Shown piece after piece: positions 41,129-51,639 of a stretch of DNA of 64,000 nt; positions within the stretch are counted from its first letter, which is position 1, and each line of letters begins with the position of its first letter. Source of the DNA: Nibricoccus sp. (GTDB taxonomy: Bacteria > Verrucomicrobiota > Verrucomicrobiia > Opitutales > Opitutaceae). Below the pieces are notes generated by a model that searched no databases, was not told the DNA's origin, and saw only the letters and a list, made by a program, of their open reading frames with translations. The stretch lies in NCBI GenBank assembly GCA_047602425.1, contig JASGHG010000001.1, positions 1,280,001-1,344,000 of the forward strand. The letters run 5' to 3'. The position numbers and the translations under genes were made by a program.

Positions 41129-42133
41129 TTAGCGCGGCGCCTTTTTACCGGTAAGCAAAGCGTTCGGGTTTCGTTCGAGAAATTCGGCCAGGCGTTGGAT
41201 CGCAGCGGCAGCCTCATTGAGTTGCTGCATCGTGCGGATCGTCTCGTCACCCAGCCCACTCTGCGCGCTGATGAAGCGGCGGGCGGTTTCCGCGGCGTCA
41301 TTGAAGGACCTCATCACCAGTTTCGCCTCGGCCAGCGCGTCGTTCAACTTCTGTCCGGCGGGTTGAATCTGTCCATCGACACTGGCCAGCATTTTCGAGA
41401 GCTGGTCGATGGTGTCGTTGAGACGGGCAAAAGTTTTTTGGAATTCCCCGCTGCTCGCGAGTTCGTTGACCGCCGTGCCGGCCTTGGTCCACTCCGCCGT
41501 GAGCTTCGCGAGTTCGAGGCCCTTGATTTCCTTGCGCGTGTCGGCGAGCAAGCCGTTCATCTCGCGTGAGAGGCCGGCAAAATCGACGCGCTTCAGGCTG
41601 GTGAGAATTTCCGTCAAGCTGGCCTGAAACTCCGATATCGCGGAGGGAACCGATGGAACCACCACAAACTTCGGATCGGCGATCGCCTGCACCGCCGGGC
41701 TGAGAGGCGGCGCCTCCAAAAAATCCAATTCCACGAAAAGCATTCCGGTCGCAAGACCCGCCACATCTAGGCGTGCGCGCAGGCCCTGTCCGATCATTTT
41801 TTCCAACTCCTTCTTGCTGGAGACATCGAACATGGCACCAACTTCATCCTTCACTGTGCTATGACTGAATTCGCAGAGGACTTCGACGACGGAGTGTCGG
41901 TTCCGCGTATCGAATTGCACGTTCAAATTCACCACGCGACCCACGCGAACACCGCGCAATTTGACCGGCGAGCCGAGATCGAGTCCGTGCACCGATTCGT
42001 CGAAATACACCACGAAGCGTTGCGGCTTGGAGAAAAAGTTGACGCCGCCGAAGGCCAGCAGCGCGATCAGGGCAAGAGCCATTGCGCCCAGCACAAACAT
42101 GCCAACAATGGTGGGACTGATTTTGGTTTTCAC
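41129..42133 (-). CDS. mlaD: MlaD/MCE-domain protein
   Basis: Motifs ESVHGLDLGSPVKLRGVRVGRV, GLATGMLFVEL and LERNPNALLTG. Confidence 0.92.
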   Translation of the reverse strand: MKTKISPTIVGMFVLGAMALALIALLAFGGVNFFSKPQRFVVYFDESVHGLDLGSPVKLRGVRVGRVVNLNVQFDTRNRHSVVEVLCEFSHSTVKDEVGAMFDVSSKKELEKMIGQGLRARLDVAGLATGMLFVELDFLEAPPLSPAVQAIADPKFVVVPSVPSAISEFQASLTEILTSLKRVDFAGLSREMNGLLADTRKEIKGLELAKLTAEWTKAGTAVNELASSGEFQKTFARLNDTIDQLSKMLASVDGQIQPAGQKLNDALAEAKLVMRSFNDAAETARRFISAQSGLGDETIRTMQQLNEAAAAIQRLAEFLERNPNALLTGKKAPR

Positions 42134-42182
42134 GATTGGTTGTGGAATCGACGGATCGGCGGCTTGTGATTGGACAATTAAC

Positions 42183-42971
42183 TCAGGCTTCGGTTGCCGG
42201 CAAGACTGCCCGGCGCTGCAAAAATTCCTGCACCACCGGGTCGCGGCTGGTCTGAAGAAGTTCGCGCGGATTGCCCTCGGCGATGATGCCTTTCGCTTCG
42301 CGGCCGAGCATGATCACACGGTCGGCAATGCTGAAGATGCTGTCGAGCTCGTGCGAAACGATGACCATTGTCGTGCCGAGCGTTTCGCGGATCTGCAAAA
42401 CCAAATCGTCCAGCTTGCGCGAAGTCACGGGATCAAGGCCCGCCGAAGGCTCGTCGAAAAACACGATGGCCGGATCGAGCGCGAGCGCACGAGCCAGCCC
42501 CGCGCGTTTTTTCATACCGCCGCTGATTTCCGAAGGATAGAAATCCTCGTAGCCGCTCAAATGCACCTGCGCAAGTCGAAGCGCGGCAAGTTCGTTGCGC
42601 TCGCGCTTGTTGAGCGAAGTGTATTCCTCCAGCGGCAGCATGATGTTTTCGCGCAGCGTGAGCGAACTCCAGAGCGCGGAGTTTTGATAGAGCACGCCAA
42701 AGGTCCGCAGCAATTCGCGTCGGCGCGATGGTTCGGCTTCCGTGAAATTCTCCCCGAAATAGCGAATCGCCCCAGCCGTCGGCCGCTGCAGGCCGATCAG
42801 GTGCCTGAGGAGCGTGCTCTTGCCGCATCCACTACCGCCGATCACGAAAAACAATTCGCCCGCCGCCACCGAGAACGTCACGTTCTGCAAAAGCACTCGT
42901 CCTTCGTAGCCGCATTCCAGGCTTTCCACGGCAATGGCGGGAATTTTTGGCGATGGCGAAAGTTGTGGCAT
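42183..42971 (-). CDS. mlaF: MlaF-type ABC ATPase
   Basis: Motifs GGSGCGKS, ISGGMKKRAGLARA and FFDEPSAGLDP. Confidence 0.93.
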   Translation of the reverse strand: MPQLSPSPKIPAIAVESLECGYEGRVLLQNVTFSVAAGELFFVIGGSGCGKSTLLRHLIGLQRPTAGAIRYFGENFTEAEPSRRRELLRTFGVLYQNSALWSSLTLRENIMLPLEEYTSLNKRERNELAALRLAQVHLSGYEDFYPSEISGGMKKRAGLARALALDPAIVFFDEPSAGLDPVTSRKLDDLVLQIRETLGTTMVIVSHELDSIFSIADRVIMLGREAKGIIAEGNPRELLQTSRDPVVQEFLQRRAVLPATEA

Positions 42972-42974
42972 TAC

Positions 42975-44102
42975 TCAGATTCCCAGCATGTTGAAGATCA
43001 CCGCGAAAACGGCATCGGCCGATACGAGCAACAGGATCGCCGTGACCACCGCCGACGTGGTGGAATTGCCGACACCCATCGCGCTGCGTTCGCTTTGCAG
43101 ACCGCGCAGACAGCCCGACAACCCAACAATACCGCCAAAGACCACGGCCTTGATCAGGCCCGAAAAGACATCGGACAAGTCGATCGCCGCTTGCGTCTGC
43201 ACCCAGTAAGCGGAAGCGGGAATCTTCAGGATCGCCGCCGCCACCAACAGGCCGCCGATGATGCCAAGCAGATTGGAATAAAGCGCCAGAAGCGGCGTCA
43301 TCAGCGTCACCGCGAGCAATCGCGGCATGACTAGGAAATCAATCGAGCGAATGCCGAACGTTTCGAAGGCATCGATTTCCTCGCCCGCCTTCATGTTGCC
43401 CAGCGTGGCGGCAAACGCAGCGCCCGTGCGGCCCGCCAGGATGATGCCAGTCATCATCGGACCCATTTCACGAACCATCACGAGACCGACAAAATTAGCC
43501 ACATAAAGATCCGCGCCAAACTGCCGCAATAACACCGCCGCCGTATACGCCAACGTAAGGCCCACCAGCATGCCGATCAGCCCGACAATCGGCAGCGCCA
43601 TCGCGCCGCATTGCTGCATCTCCCGCACGCAATCGAGCCACCTGAACCGGATCGGGTTCTTCGCCAGCCGCAAGGTCGCCAGCGTGCATTCGCCGATGAA
43701 ATGCGAAATCTGCCTTACCTTGGTCAAAACATCAAACACCGCCAAACCGATCATGCTGATGGGATTCATCGCCCGATCGACCGGCTTTTCCTTGCCCTGC
43801 GCGGCCACGATTTGAGTCACCAGGTCGCGCAACTGTTTTGGCAAAGCCGACGAATCCAGGGGAGTTTGCATGGCCGCACACCACTGCTCCGCTTCAAATA
43901 AAAACAAAAGAAGCGAACTATCCCAAGTCTCCAGTCCCGCCAGTTCGACCTTCACGCGCGCCGGCTTGGCTTTGCCCAGAACATCCCGCCAGGTCGACCG
44001 CTGTCCCGTGATTTTCCAAACCCCACCCAACAGGATCCGCAACAAATCGCCCTCCGCGGTGGCGGACGCGCTGGCTTGGGCGACATCGGTGACGACAGGC
44101 AT
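42975..44102 (-). CDS. mlaE: MlaE-type permease with a STAS-like N-terminus
   Basis: Motifs VREMGPMMTGIILAGRTGAAFAA, MK..EEIDA and VG.STTSAVV. Confidence 0.93.
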   Translation of the reverse strand: MPVVTDVAQASASATAEGDLLRILLGGVWKITGQRSTWRDVLGKAKPARVKVELAGLETWDSSLLLFLFEAEQWCAAMQTPLDSSALPKQLRDLVTQIVAAQGKEKPVDRAMNPISMIGLAVFDVLTKVRQISHFIGECTLATLRLAKNPIRFRWLDCVREMQQCGAMALPIVGLIGMLVGLTLAYTAAVLLRQFGADLYVANFVGLVMVREMGPMMTGIILAGRTGAAFAATLGNMKAGEEIDAFETFGIRSIDFLVMPRLLAVTLMTPLLALYSNLLGIIGGLLVAAAILKIPASAYWVQTQAAIDLSDVFSGLIKAVVFGGIVGLSGCLRGLQSERSAMGVGNSTTSAVVTAILLLVSADAVFAVIFNMLGI

Positions 44103-44200
44103 AAGCGTGAACTATGAATCTCGTTTGTAATGGAGTGTTTGAAAATCAAAACCTTAAAAATTTCCGTGTGCTTTAGTCATCTCATTGACAACTTGGTTTC

Positions 44201-44869
44201 GTGATTCGCTTTCGTACGGTACTTTTCGATCTTGATGGCACGCTCCTCGACCACTTCGGGGCCATTCATGCCAGCCACGCCTACATGTTGAAACAACTCG
44301 GCCTGCCCGCGCCCACGATGGCCCAAGTCCATCGCGCGGTTGGTGGCGGCTTCGAAGTCGCCGTCAAGCGCATGCTCGGCCCGGAAAACGAACACCTGCT
44401 CCCCCGCGCTATCGAAATTTACCGCGAAGCCTGGGCCAAAAACATGTTCAATGGCGTCGCACTTCTTCCCGGCGCGCGGGCCCTCCTCGAAGCGCTCAAG
44501 GCCGACGGCGTGCGCTGCGGCGTCTTCACAAACAAACATGGCCCCTCCGCTCGCTCCGTCTGCGAACACCTCGGAGTCACACCGCTGCTCGACGGCGTCT
44601 TCGGTGCTTTCGATACGCCGTGGCTGAAACCCGCTCCCGAATTCGCCCAACATGTACTCAGCGCCCTCCAAGCCGAACCATCCACCACCTGCCTGATCGG
44701 CGATTCCCCCTACGACGTCGAAGCCGCAATCAACGGCGGCTTCGTCTGCTATTGTGTCACCACCGGAACCCACACCGAGGACCAACTCAAAACCGCCGGC
44801 GCTGCCAGCGTCTACGACGACCTGATCGCGTTGAGCAAAGCTCAATTCGGACTGGAGTTGGAGAAATAG
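44201..44869 (+). CDS. HAD-family hydrolase (phosphoglycolate phosphatase-like)
   Basis: Motifs FDLDGTLLD, TNK, KPAP and IGDSPYD. Confidence 0.92.
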   Translation: MIRFRTVLFDLDGTLLDHFGAIHASHAYMLKQLGLPAPTMAQVHRAVGGGFEVAVKRMLGPENEHLLPRAIEIYREAWAKNMFNGVALLPGARALLEALKADGVRCGVFTNKHGPSARSVCEHLGVTPLLDGVFGAFDTPWLKPAPEFAQHVLSALQAEPSTTCLIGDSPYDVEAAINGGFVCYCVTTGTHTEDQLKTAGAASVYDDLIALSKAQFGLELEK

Positions 44870-44891
44870 AATGACGCCGGGAGGGCGTAGC

Positions 44892-45161
44892 CTACCGGCC
44901 GACATGGATCTGCCCGCCCGACTGGGTAAAATTGACCAGAAAAACCAACGGTATTGTAACGAGAATCACCCCTGTGACCACCAGGGCTGTTTTTACTACG
45001 CGGTGTTGTTTCTTCGGGGTCTCGACCGGACCCGTCGCGTAAACCGCGTGCCTTTCCCCGCCCGACAACTCCGACCGCAATTTTGTCCTCGGCGTGCTCT
45101 GGCAAGCTACACAGGCGAAGCACAGGACCAAAATAGTAATGACGCGAAAAAGGTGCTTCAT
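44892..45161 (-). CDS. Small putative lipoprotein with a C-terminal TM helix
   Basis: MKHLFRVITILVLCFACVAC lipobox-like signal; second hydrophobic segment. Confidence 0.6.
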   Translation of the reverse strand: MKHLFRVITILVLCFACVACQSTPRTKLRSELSGGERHAVYATGPVETPKKQHRVVKTALVVTGVILVTIPLVFLVNFTQSGGQIHVGR

Positions 45162-45342
45162 CTCGATTTCCAAAAATTCAAACCAAGAGGAACGCATTCG
45201 ATCGGTGCTTCCGATGCGAAATAGATAAGCGGTTGTTGGTTTATATGAGTGGTTAAACAACGTGTTAAGATCAGCGGAAAGATTGCGACATTGCACGGTT
45301 CCCTGACTAACCGACGTCATCGATTCTGATCGGCGTGGAAAT

Positions 45343-45816
45343 TCAGTCCTTCACCTTCTCCTTGCCGATCGCGTGTTCGACTTCCACTTGCACGGCGTGG
45401 AGCGAGAGGTAGAGGTCGCGCAGGAAGGCGGCGAGGCCGGCGAGCATGCAGCCGACACTCATCGCAAACAGGCCTAAGATCAGCCAGGGCAGGTCGACTT
45501 TGAACAAGGCGCTCACAAAAAGCATCACAATCAACAGGCCCGAAATAAACATGCTCGATGTGATCATCGTCATCGAGAAGCGCATAATTTTCGCGCGGCG
45601 AAACATGATCCACAACTGTTCCTCAATATATTTTTTGTCGGTGGTATCAGGTTTAGCCATCAAGCCGGCAAGGTTGCGCGTACGGTCGACAATGCGGCCC
45701 ATGCGGTTGGTGAGCGAAATACAGAGCGCGCCAAGGCCGGAGATAAGAATAACCGGCGTAATCGACAGCTGGATGATCGGCAGAAACGAGTCCTGCATAG
45801 GAAGAGCGGCAGACAT
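45343..45816 (-). CDS. DUF2721-family membrane protein
   Basis: IQLSITPVILISGLG...TNRMGRIVDRTR; three TM helices. Confidence 0.88.
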   Translation of the reverse strand: MSAALPMQDSFLPIIQLSITPVILISGLGALCISLTNRMGRIVDRTRNLAGLMAKPDTTDKKYIEEQLWIMFRRAKIMRFSMTMITSSMFISGLLIVMLFVSALFKVDLPWLILGLFAMSVGCMLAGLAAFLRDLYLSLHAVQVEVEHAIGKEKVKD

Positions 45817-45875
45817 GTCTTCGTTGTTGGCGGAAAACCCCAACCAACGCAACCTCCGCGCAGGCCGCGTCCAAT

Positions 45876-46817
45876 TTACTTCGCCGGCTTTGTTAGCAAG
45901 CCGCGCGAACGCAGCCAGGCTTCCGCGCGCTTGGGCCAATCAGAGGTTTGGCCGAGGTCGGTGCGGAAACCGAAGCCATGCGGACCGGTTGGAAAAATAT
46001 GCATCTCAGCCGGAACGCCCGCGGCCGTGAGCGCCTTGAAGAATAGCAGCGAATTTTCGACCGGCACGGCTTTGTCCTCCTGCGTGTGAATCAGGAAAGT
46101 CGGCGGTGTGTCCTTCGTCACGTGTTCATTCACCGAAAGCAGCGCGATCAGTTCGTCCGAGGGATTTTCGCCGAGCAGCGACTTGAGTGAACCGCCGTGG
46201 GTCGTCGGTGCGCGCATGGTGATAACGGGGTATTGAAGAATGAGAAAATCGGGTCGCGCACTCACAGCGTCGAGTGCCGCGCCGGTTTTTCCAATCGGCT
46301 CGTTGAACAATGTTCCCGAACAAGCCGCCAGATGCCCGCCCGCCGACGCGCCTTCGACGCCAATGCGATTTGGATCCACGCCAAATTCCGCAGCGCGCGA
46401 ACGCACCAGCCGCACGGCACGCAAAACATCGCGGAGCGGCGCGGGATGCCCGTATTCCTTCATGCGATATTTCAAAATGAAAACATGCACGCCGAGGCTG
46501 TTCAGCCATTTCACCGCACCCATGCCTTCGGTGCTGACCGCGAGGCGCACGTAGCCGCCGCCCGGACACATGATGACCGCCGCGCCATTGGCGATTTCAG
46601 CTGGTGCTGGAAAAACGGTGAGCGTGGGCGTGTGGACATTGTACACACGGTCGTCTTTGACAATCTCCGGTCCCGCATCAGCGCGCAGGCCGGGCACGCC
46701 TTCGGGCCAGAGCTCGATGACTTTAGGCTCGCTCGTCGTTGCCCGGACGCAAAGCGCGATGAAACCGAAGCCAACAATAAACATAGTCAGGGCAAAACGC
46801 GGGGAAGGGATACACAT
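45876..46817 (-). CDS. Secreted alpha/beta-hydrolase (carbohydrate esterase-like)
   Basis: Motifs CPGGGY, GASAGGHLA, RPDF..YPVITM, ED..VP and GPHGFG. Confidence 0.9.
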   Translation of the reverse strand: MCIPSPRFALTMFIVGFGFIALCVRATTSEPKVIELWPEGVPGLRADAGPEIVKDDRVYNVHTPTLTVFPAPAEIANGAAVIMCPGGGYVRLAVSTEGMGAVKWLNSLGVHVFILKYRMKEYGHPAPLRDVLRAVRLVRSRAAEFGVDPNRIGVEGASAGGHLAACSGTLFNEPIGKTGAALDAVSARPDFLILQYPVITMRAPTTHGGSLKSLLGENPSDELIALLSVNEHVTKDTPPTFLIHTQEDKAVPVENSLLFFKALTAAGVPAEMHIFPTGPHGFGFRTDLGQTSDWPKRAEAWLRSRGLLTKPAK

Positions 46818-46936
46818 GGCAATGGGGATGACGGCGCAGAAAGCGGAAAGTGTCAGGTGGATTTTTGCCGGACCGTATGAGCGATCTTGTTGATTTTGGC
46901 TGGCCGACTTCTTTCCGCCCACCACAGTTGGCGATT

Positions 46937-47386
46937 ATGCGCGCGCGTCGTTTACTACCCTTCATCTGGCTGGCCTTTTTCCTCGTTCCGCTTTTCGCCG
47001 CTGACACTCCCACACCCTACCGCAAGGTCACGGTAGAAACATCTTCGACTTCAATCTATATTGGCAAAGTCACGCTGAACGTCGGCACGCTCACGCGCGA
47101 GAACGGCTACTTGTCTGGGGATTATAAAGCCAAGGTTTTTCCGTATTGGTTTATGGGCGAACATGGCACGTTCCGCTTGAAAGCGTCCGATGAAGATTTT
47201 GCGCGGATTGCGAAGGGCGAAGTGGTGGAATTCGCCGGCGAAGCGCAAAACAGCGACAAGGAAATTCGCAAAATCACCGGGCGCGCCACACCCGCCGATG
47301 CCGCAACCGGCAAATTCAAGGTTCGAATTTTTGTGACCGAAAAAATACAGCTGATTTTCAACAGCACGTACAAGTTCGGCGAGTAA
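46937..47386 (+). CDS. Hypothetical secreted protein
   Basis: Signal peptide; beta-rich mature region. Confidence 0.75.
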   Translation: MRARRLLPFIWLAFFLVPLFAADTPTPYRKVTVETSSTSIYIGKVTLNVGTLTRENGYLSGDYKAKVFPYWFMGEHGTFRLKASDEDFARIAKGEVVEFAGEAQNSDKEIRKITGRATPADAATGKFKVRIFVTEKIQLIFNSTYKFGE

Positions 47387-47507
47387 TCGCAGGCCCCGGT
47401 CGAGCGGCCGCCAAAAAGTCGCGGCCAACCGGCACGCAACGTGCAGCATTCCCGTGGGAAATGCCCTTGCGTGCACCGCGCACAGGATTACACCCATTGA
47501 CCCAATC

Positions 47508-48329
47508 GTGACGCAGCCAGCCTCAGTCCAGAAACTTTTCCGCCGTCCTCGCGGCATGGCGTTCATCAACGCGCTTTTTGGCGGATGGACGGTGTTGGTG
47601 ATGCTGTTTTTCTATCTCCCGATTTTGTTTCTGGTCGTTTATTCGTTTAACAACTCGCGGCTCAACATCACGTGGGAGGGTTTCACGCTCAAATGGTACG
47701 CCGAGCTCTGGAACAACACGCGGCTCATCGCCGCGCTCCGCGCCAGCCTGGTCGTCGCCGTCATCTCGACCACTCTCGCTGTCATCGTTGGCACCGCGTC
47801 GGCCTGGTTGCTTTACCGCTACCAGTATAAAGGTACACGAGCCATCGGCACGCTCGCGTACATTCCGATGGTCGTCCCGGAAATCATCATGGGCATCAGC
47901 CTGCTCGTGTTTTTTAAAACGGTTAATTTCGACCTCGGGTACACGACAGTGATCATCGCGCATACCACATTTTGTTTTCCCTTCGTGATGGCTGCGGTCC
48001 AGGCACGCCTCGCGGGCCTCGATCCTTCGATGGAAGAAGCCGCGCTCGATCTTGGCGCCACGCCGCTCAAGGCCTTCTGGCACGTGATCGTGCCGTACCT
48101 GATGCCCGGAATTGTTTCGGGTGCACTGATGGCGTTTGCGCTTTCGATGGACGAGCTCATCGTGACCTACTTCGTCAAAAGCTCCGCGTCTTCCACCCTA
48201 CCCATCGTGATCTACGGCATGGCCAAGGTGGGCCTCAACCCGATGATCAACGCCCTTTCCACGCTTTTTATCGTCGCCACGATCATCCTGCTCATCGCTT
48301 CCGAATGGGTGAAGCATCTGCGCCGTTGA
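47508..48329 (+). CDS. potC: Polyamine ABC transporter permease PotC
   Basis: Motifs FFYLPI..LVVYSFN, GFTLKWY, VPEIIMGISLL, EEAALDLGA and FALSMDE. Confidence 0.92.
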   Translation: MTQPASVQKLFRRPRGMAFINALFGGWTVLVMLFFYLPILFLVVYSFNNSRLNITWEGFTLKWYAELWNNTRLIAALRASLVVAVISTTLAVIVGTASAWLLYRYQYKGTRAIGTLAYIPMVVPEIIMGISLLVFFKTVNFDLGYTTVIIAHTTFCFPFVMAAVQARLAGLDPSMEEAALDLGATPLKAFWHVIVPYLMPGIVSGALMAFALSMDELIVTYFVKSSASSTLPIVIYGMAKVGLNPMINALSTLFIVATIILLIASEWVKHLRR

Positions 48330-48366
48330 GCCGGCTGCATTGCCCACCGAACCTTTTTCAATCACC

Positions 48367-49401
48367 ATGAAACGTCTACGTCTCCTGTTCTCCATCCTCG
48401 CGGCCCTTGTCGCCGTCCTTCAGCTCCATGCCGCCAAAGAGGTCAATCTCTTCGGCTGGTCCGAATACGTTCCCCAATCCGTCCTCGACAAATTCACCGC
48501 CGAGACCGGCATCAAGGTGAACTACGAGACTTACGCTTCAAACGAGGAAATGCTCTCCAAGCTTCTTGGCGGCGCCAGCGAATACGACCTCATCCAGCCG
48601 TCCGAGTATGTGGTTGAGGCTCTCGTGGCGGCCAAAGGAGGCAGCAAGCTGGCCGAGATCGATTTCAAAAACGTCCCCAACATCAAGAACATCGCGCCCG
48701 GCTACCTCAACCGTCCACACGATCCCAAGCAAAAATACACCGTGCCGTACATGGCCGGCTCGATTGCCATCGTGGTCAACACGGAGAAAGTGAAAGAACC
48801 GGTCACAGGTTACACCGATGTCTTTAGCGGCAAGTACAAGGGCCGGATCGTTGCCCTCAACGACAACCGCGAACTCCTCACTTGGGCGCTGCAGACCCTC
48901 GGCATGGATTTTAACGACATCCGCCCCGAAACGATCGCCAAGGCCAAACCCGTCCTCCAAAAATGGCTGCCACAAGTGAAGGTCTTCGATTCCGACAGCC
49001 CCAAGACTTCGCTGCTCAACGGCGACGTCGACATCGGCATCGTTTGGCCCGGTGAAGCGGCGCTTGTCTACCGCGAGAATAAAAAGTTCGCCATCGTTCT
49101 TCCCAAGGAAGGTTCGCACGTCACCATCGACAGCCTCTGCATTCCGAAGGGCGCACCGCATAAAGCCGAGGCCGAAGCTTTCATCAACTTCATCCTCCGC
49201 CCCGAGATCAGCGTGCTGATTTCCGAAGCGTTTCCCTACACCAACCCCAATGCCGAGGCCTGCAAGCTGCTCAGCAAGGAACAACTTGAAAACCCCGCCA
49301 GCTATCCACCCGGCGTGGAAAAGCTCCCGACCTTCCGCGATATCGGCAAAGCCGCCGCGCAAGTCGACAAGTTGATCACCGACCTGAAAGGCGGCTCCTG
49401 A
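48367..49401 (+). CDS. potD: Polyamine ABC transporter substrate-binding protein PotD
   Basis: Motifs WSEYV, FTAETGIKVNY..SNEEM..KL, PSEY, DP..KYTVPY and PKEGS. Confidence 0.92.
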   Translation: MKRLRLLFSILAALVAVLQLHAAKEVNLFGWSEYVPQSVLDKFTAETGIKVNYETYASNEEMLSKLLGGASEYDLIQPSEYVVEALVAAKGGSKLAEIDFKNVPNIKNIAPGYLNRPHDPKQKYTVPYMAGSIAIVVNTEKVKEPVTGYTDVFSGKYKGRIVALNDNRELLTWALQTLGMDFNDIRPETIAKAKPVLQKWLPQVKVFDSDSPKTSLLNGDVDIGIVWPGEAALVYRENKKFAIVLPKEGSHVTIDSLCIPKGAPHKAEAEAFINFILRPEISVLISEAFPYTNPNAEACKLLSKEQLENPASYPPGVEKLPTFRDIGKAAAQVDKLITDLKGGS

Positions 49402-49408
49402 TTCACCG

Positions 49409-49500
49409 AGGTGGAGCGCGTTGTCCCAACGCGCTCCTGGATGCCGCTCGCCTTTTCACCTCGCACCTAACCAGCATCTTGAGGCCAAGCCGCTCCACCT
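49409..49500. repeat. REP/REPIN-like element inside the pot operon
   Basis: Terminal IR AGGTGGAGCG/CGCTCCACCT; internal hairpin GGAGCGCGTTG-TCC-CAACGCGCTCC. Confidence 0.8.
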
Positions 49501-49516
49501 TGAAGCAATCGCCCCG

Positions 49517-50395
49517 ATGACCACTGCCGCCGATCCACGCACCACCACCAGCGGACAACGCCGGCCCGGCGCCATGGGCTGGCTGTTGCTTTCGCCGATG
49601 CTGCTGTGGCTCGCGCTCTTCGTCGTCGCGCCGACTGCGATTCTGTTTGTCTATAGTTTTTGCCAGCGCGACGAACTCGGTCAGGTCGTCTTCGAGTTCA
49701 CGTGGGAAAACTACGCGCGGATCGCCGATCCCGTTTACCTCAATATATTAGTTCGTTCGCTTTGGTATGCCGGCCTGACCACCGCGCTTTGTCTCGTCGT
49801 CGGGTATCCAGTCGCCTACTACATCGGCCGCGCGCCGGCTCATCGCCGTGGCTGGCTGCTGCTGCTCGTGATGATTCCGTTCTGGATCAGTTTTCTCCTG
49901 CGCACGTACGCGTGGATTTCGCTGCTCAAGGCCCAAGGCCCGATCAGCGCTCTCATGCAATGGGTGCATCTCATTGCCCAGCCGCTCGAAATTTTGTACA
50001 CCCCCACCGCGGTGATGGTCGGGCTCGTTTATACTTATCTGCCGTTCATGATCCTGCCGATTTTCACCAGCGCCGAGAAACTCGACAATTCGTTGATCGA
50101 AGCCTCGCTCGATCTCGGCGCCGGTCCCTGGCGTACGCTCACCCACGTTATTATTCCACTGACCAAGCCCGGGATTTTCGCCGGCGTGCTGTTGGTTTTT
50201 GTGCCGTCGATCGGCATGTTCGCCGTCACCGATTTGATGGGCGGCGCCAAAGTTGCGATGATCGGCAACGTCATCCAAAACCAATTCGGCCAGGCCCGCG
50301 ACTGGCCGTTCGGCGCCGCGCTCGGCATCACGTTTCTGGCGCTCTTCGTGATTGCCTATTGGTTCTTGCATGATCGCGGCGAGGTGCGACGTTGA
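49517..50395 (+). CDS. potB: Polyamine ABC transporter permease PotB
   Basis: Motifs GYPVAY, IPFWISFLLRTYAW, YLPFMILPIF, LIEASLDLGA and RDWPFGAA. Confidence 0.92.
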   Translation: MTTAADPRTTTSGQRRPGAMGWLLLSPMLLWLALFVVAPTAILFVYSFCQRDELGQVVFEFTWENYARIADPVYLNILVRSLWYAGLTTALCLVVGYPVAYYIGRAPAHRRGWLLLLVMIPFWISFLLRTYAWISLLKAQGPISALMQWVHLIAQPLEILYTPTAVMVGLVYTYLPFMILPIFTSAEKLDNSLIEASLDLGAGPWRTLTHVIIPLTKPGIFAGVLLVFVPSIGMFAVTDLMGGAKVAMIGNVIQNQFGQARDWPFGAALGITFLALFVIAYWFLHDRGEVRR

Positions 50396-51603
50396 TGAAC
50401 TCTTTTCCGAATGTGCCGATGACAGTCCAGCCAGCGATGAGCGAACCGACTTCCCAACTTGAGTGGCCGTTCCACTCCCAGACCAAACCGCCGATGATCG
50501 CGGCGCCATCGACGATTTCCAAGGAGACGATGGTTGAGCTTCGCGGCGTCAGCAAAAAATTCGGTTCCACCACCGCCGTCGACAACGTCGATCTCCAGAT
50601 TCGCAAGGGCGAATTCCTCACCCTTCTCGGTCCTTCCGGCTGCGGCAAGACCACGCTCCTGCGCATGCTCGCCGGCTTCGAAGTTCCCACCACCGGCCAG
50701 ATTCTCCTCGAAGGCCAGGACGTGTCCGGCGTGCCGCCCTACAAGCGCAACGTCAACCAAGTCTTCCAGAGCTACGCCATTTTCCCACATCTCACCGTGG
50801 CCGACAACATCGCGTTTGGCCTGAAAATGCGCCACGTGCCGCGCGCCGAGCGCGAGCAGCGTGTCGAGGAGGCGCTCGCCCTTGTCTCTCTCCAAGGGTT
50901 CGGCAAACGCAAGCCGCATGAACTCTCCGGCGGCCAGCGTCAGCGCGTCGCGTTTGCCCGCGCCCTTGTTTGCCAGCCGAAAGTGCTGCTGCTCGATGAG
51001 CCGTTCTCCGCGCTCGATGCCAAGCTCCGCCACGCGATGCAGCTGGAAGTGAAACACCTTCAGCGCCAGCTCGGGATCACGTTCGTGTTTGTCACGCACG
51101 ATCAGGAGGAGGCGTTGATCATGTCCGACCGCATCGCCGTCATCAACCGGGGGAAAATCGACCAGCTCGGCGACGCCACCGACATCTACCACGCCCCCGC
51201 CAGCGCTTTCACCGCCAATTTCATCGGCGAGGCCAACCTGCTCGGGTCCGAGATCATTTTGAAAAACGGCGTCACGGCCCAAGTGCGTCTCACCGAAGGC
51301 GTGGAACTGAACGTCCGCGCCTCTGCCATTCGCGAGAGCAGCACCCAAGCCCTGCTCTCGGTGCGCCCCGAAAAGATCTACATCACCCGCAACAAGCCTG
51401 CGAAGGAAAACGCCTTCAAGGCCGTGATCGAAGAGGAAATTTTTCGCGGCGCGATGGACGAACTTCGCCTCAAGGTCGCCGGCAAACTCGAACTCATGGC
51501 CATGGTCGCCAACGAAAGCGCCCACGAACGTGCCTGGCACAAGGGCGACATCGTTTATTGCGCGATCCACACCGACGACGTCGTGGTGGTGGAGCAAAAA
51601 TAG
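50395..51603 (+). CDS. potA: Polyamine ABC transporter ATPase PotA
   Basis: Motifs GPSGCGKTT, PPYKRNVNQVFQSYA, LSGGQRQR and VTHDQEEA; TGATG overlap with potB; start is uncertain. Confidence 0.93.
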   Translation: MNSFPNVPMTVQPAMSEPTSQLEWPFHSQTKPPMIAAPSTISKETMVELRGVSKKFGSTTAVDNVDLQIRKGEFLTLLGPSGCGKTTLLRMLAGFEVPTTGQILLEGQDVSGVPPYKRNVNQVFQSYAIFPHLTVADNIAFGLKMRHVPRAEREQRVEEALALVSLQGFGKRKPHELSGGQRQRVAFARALVCQPKVLLLDEPFSALDAKLRHAMQLEVKHLQRQLGITFVFVTHDQEEALIMSDRIAVINRGKIDQLGDATDIYHAPASAFTANFIGEANLLGSEIILKNGVTAQVRLTEGVELNVRASAIRESSTQALLSVRPEKIYITRNKPAKENAFKAVIEEEIFRGAMDELRLKVAGKLELMAMVANESAHERAWHKGDIVYCAIHTDDVVVVEQK

Positions 51604-51639
51604 AACTTCATCATCCCCCGCCGCCCCCGCGTTTCACCC

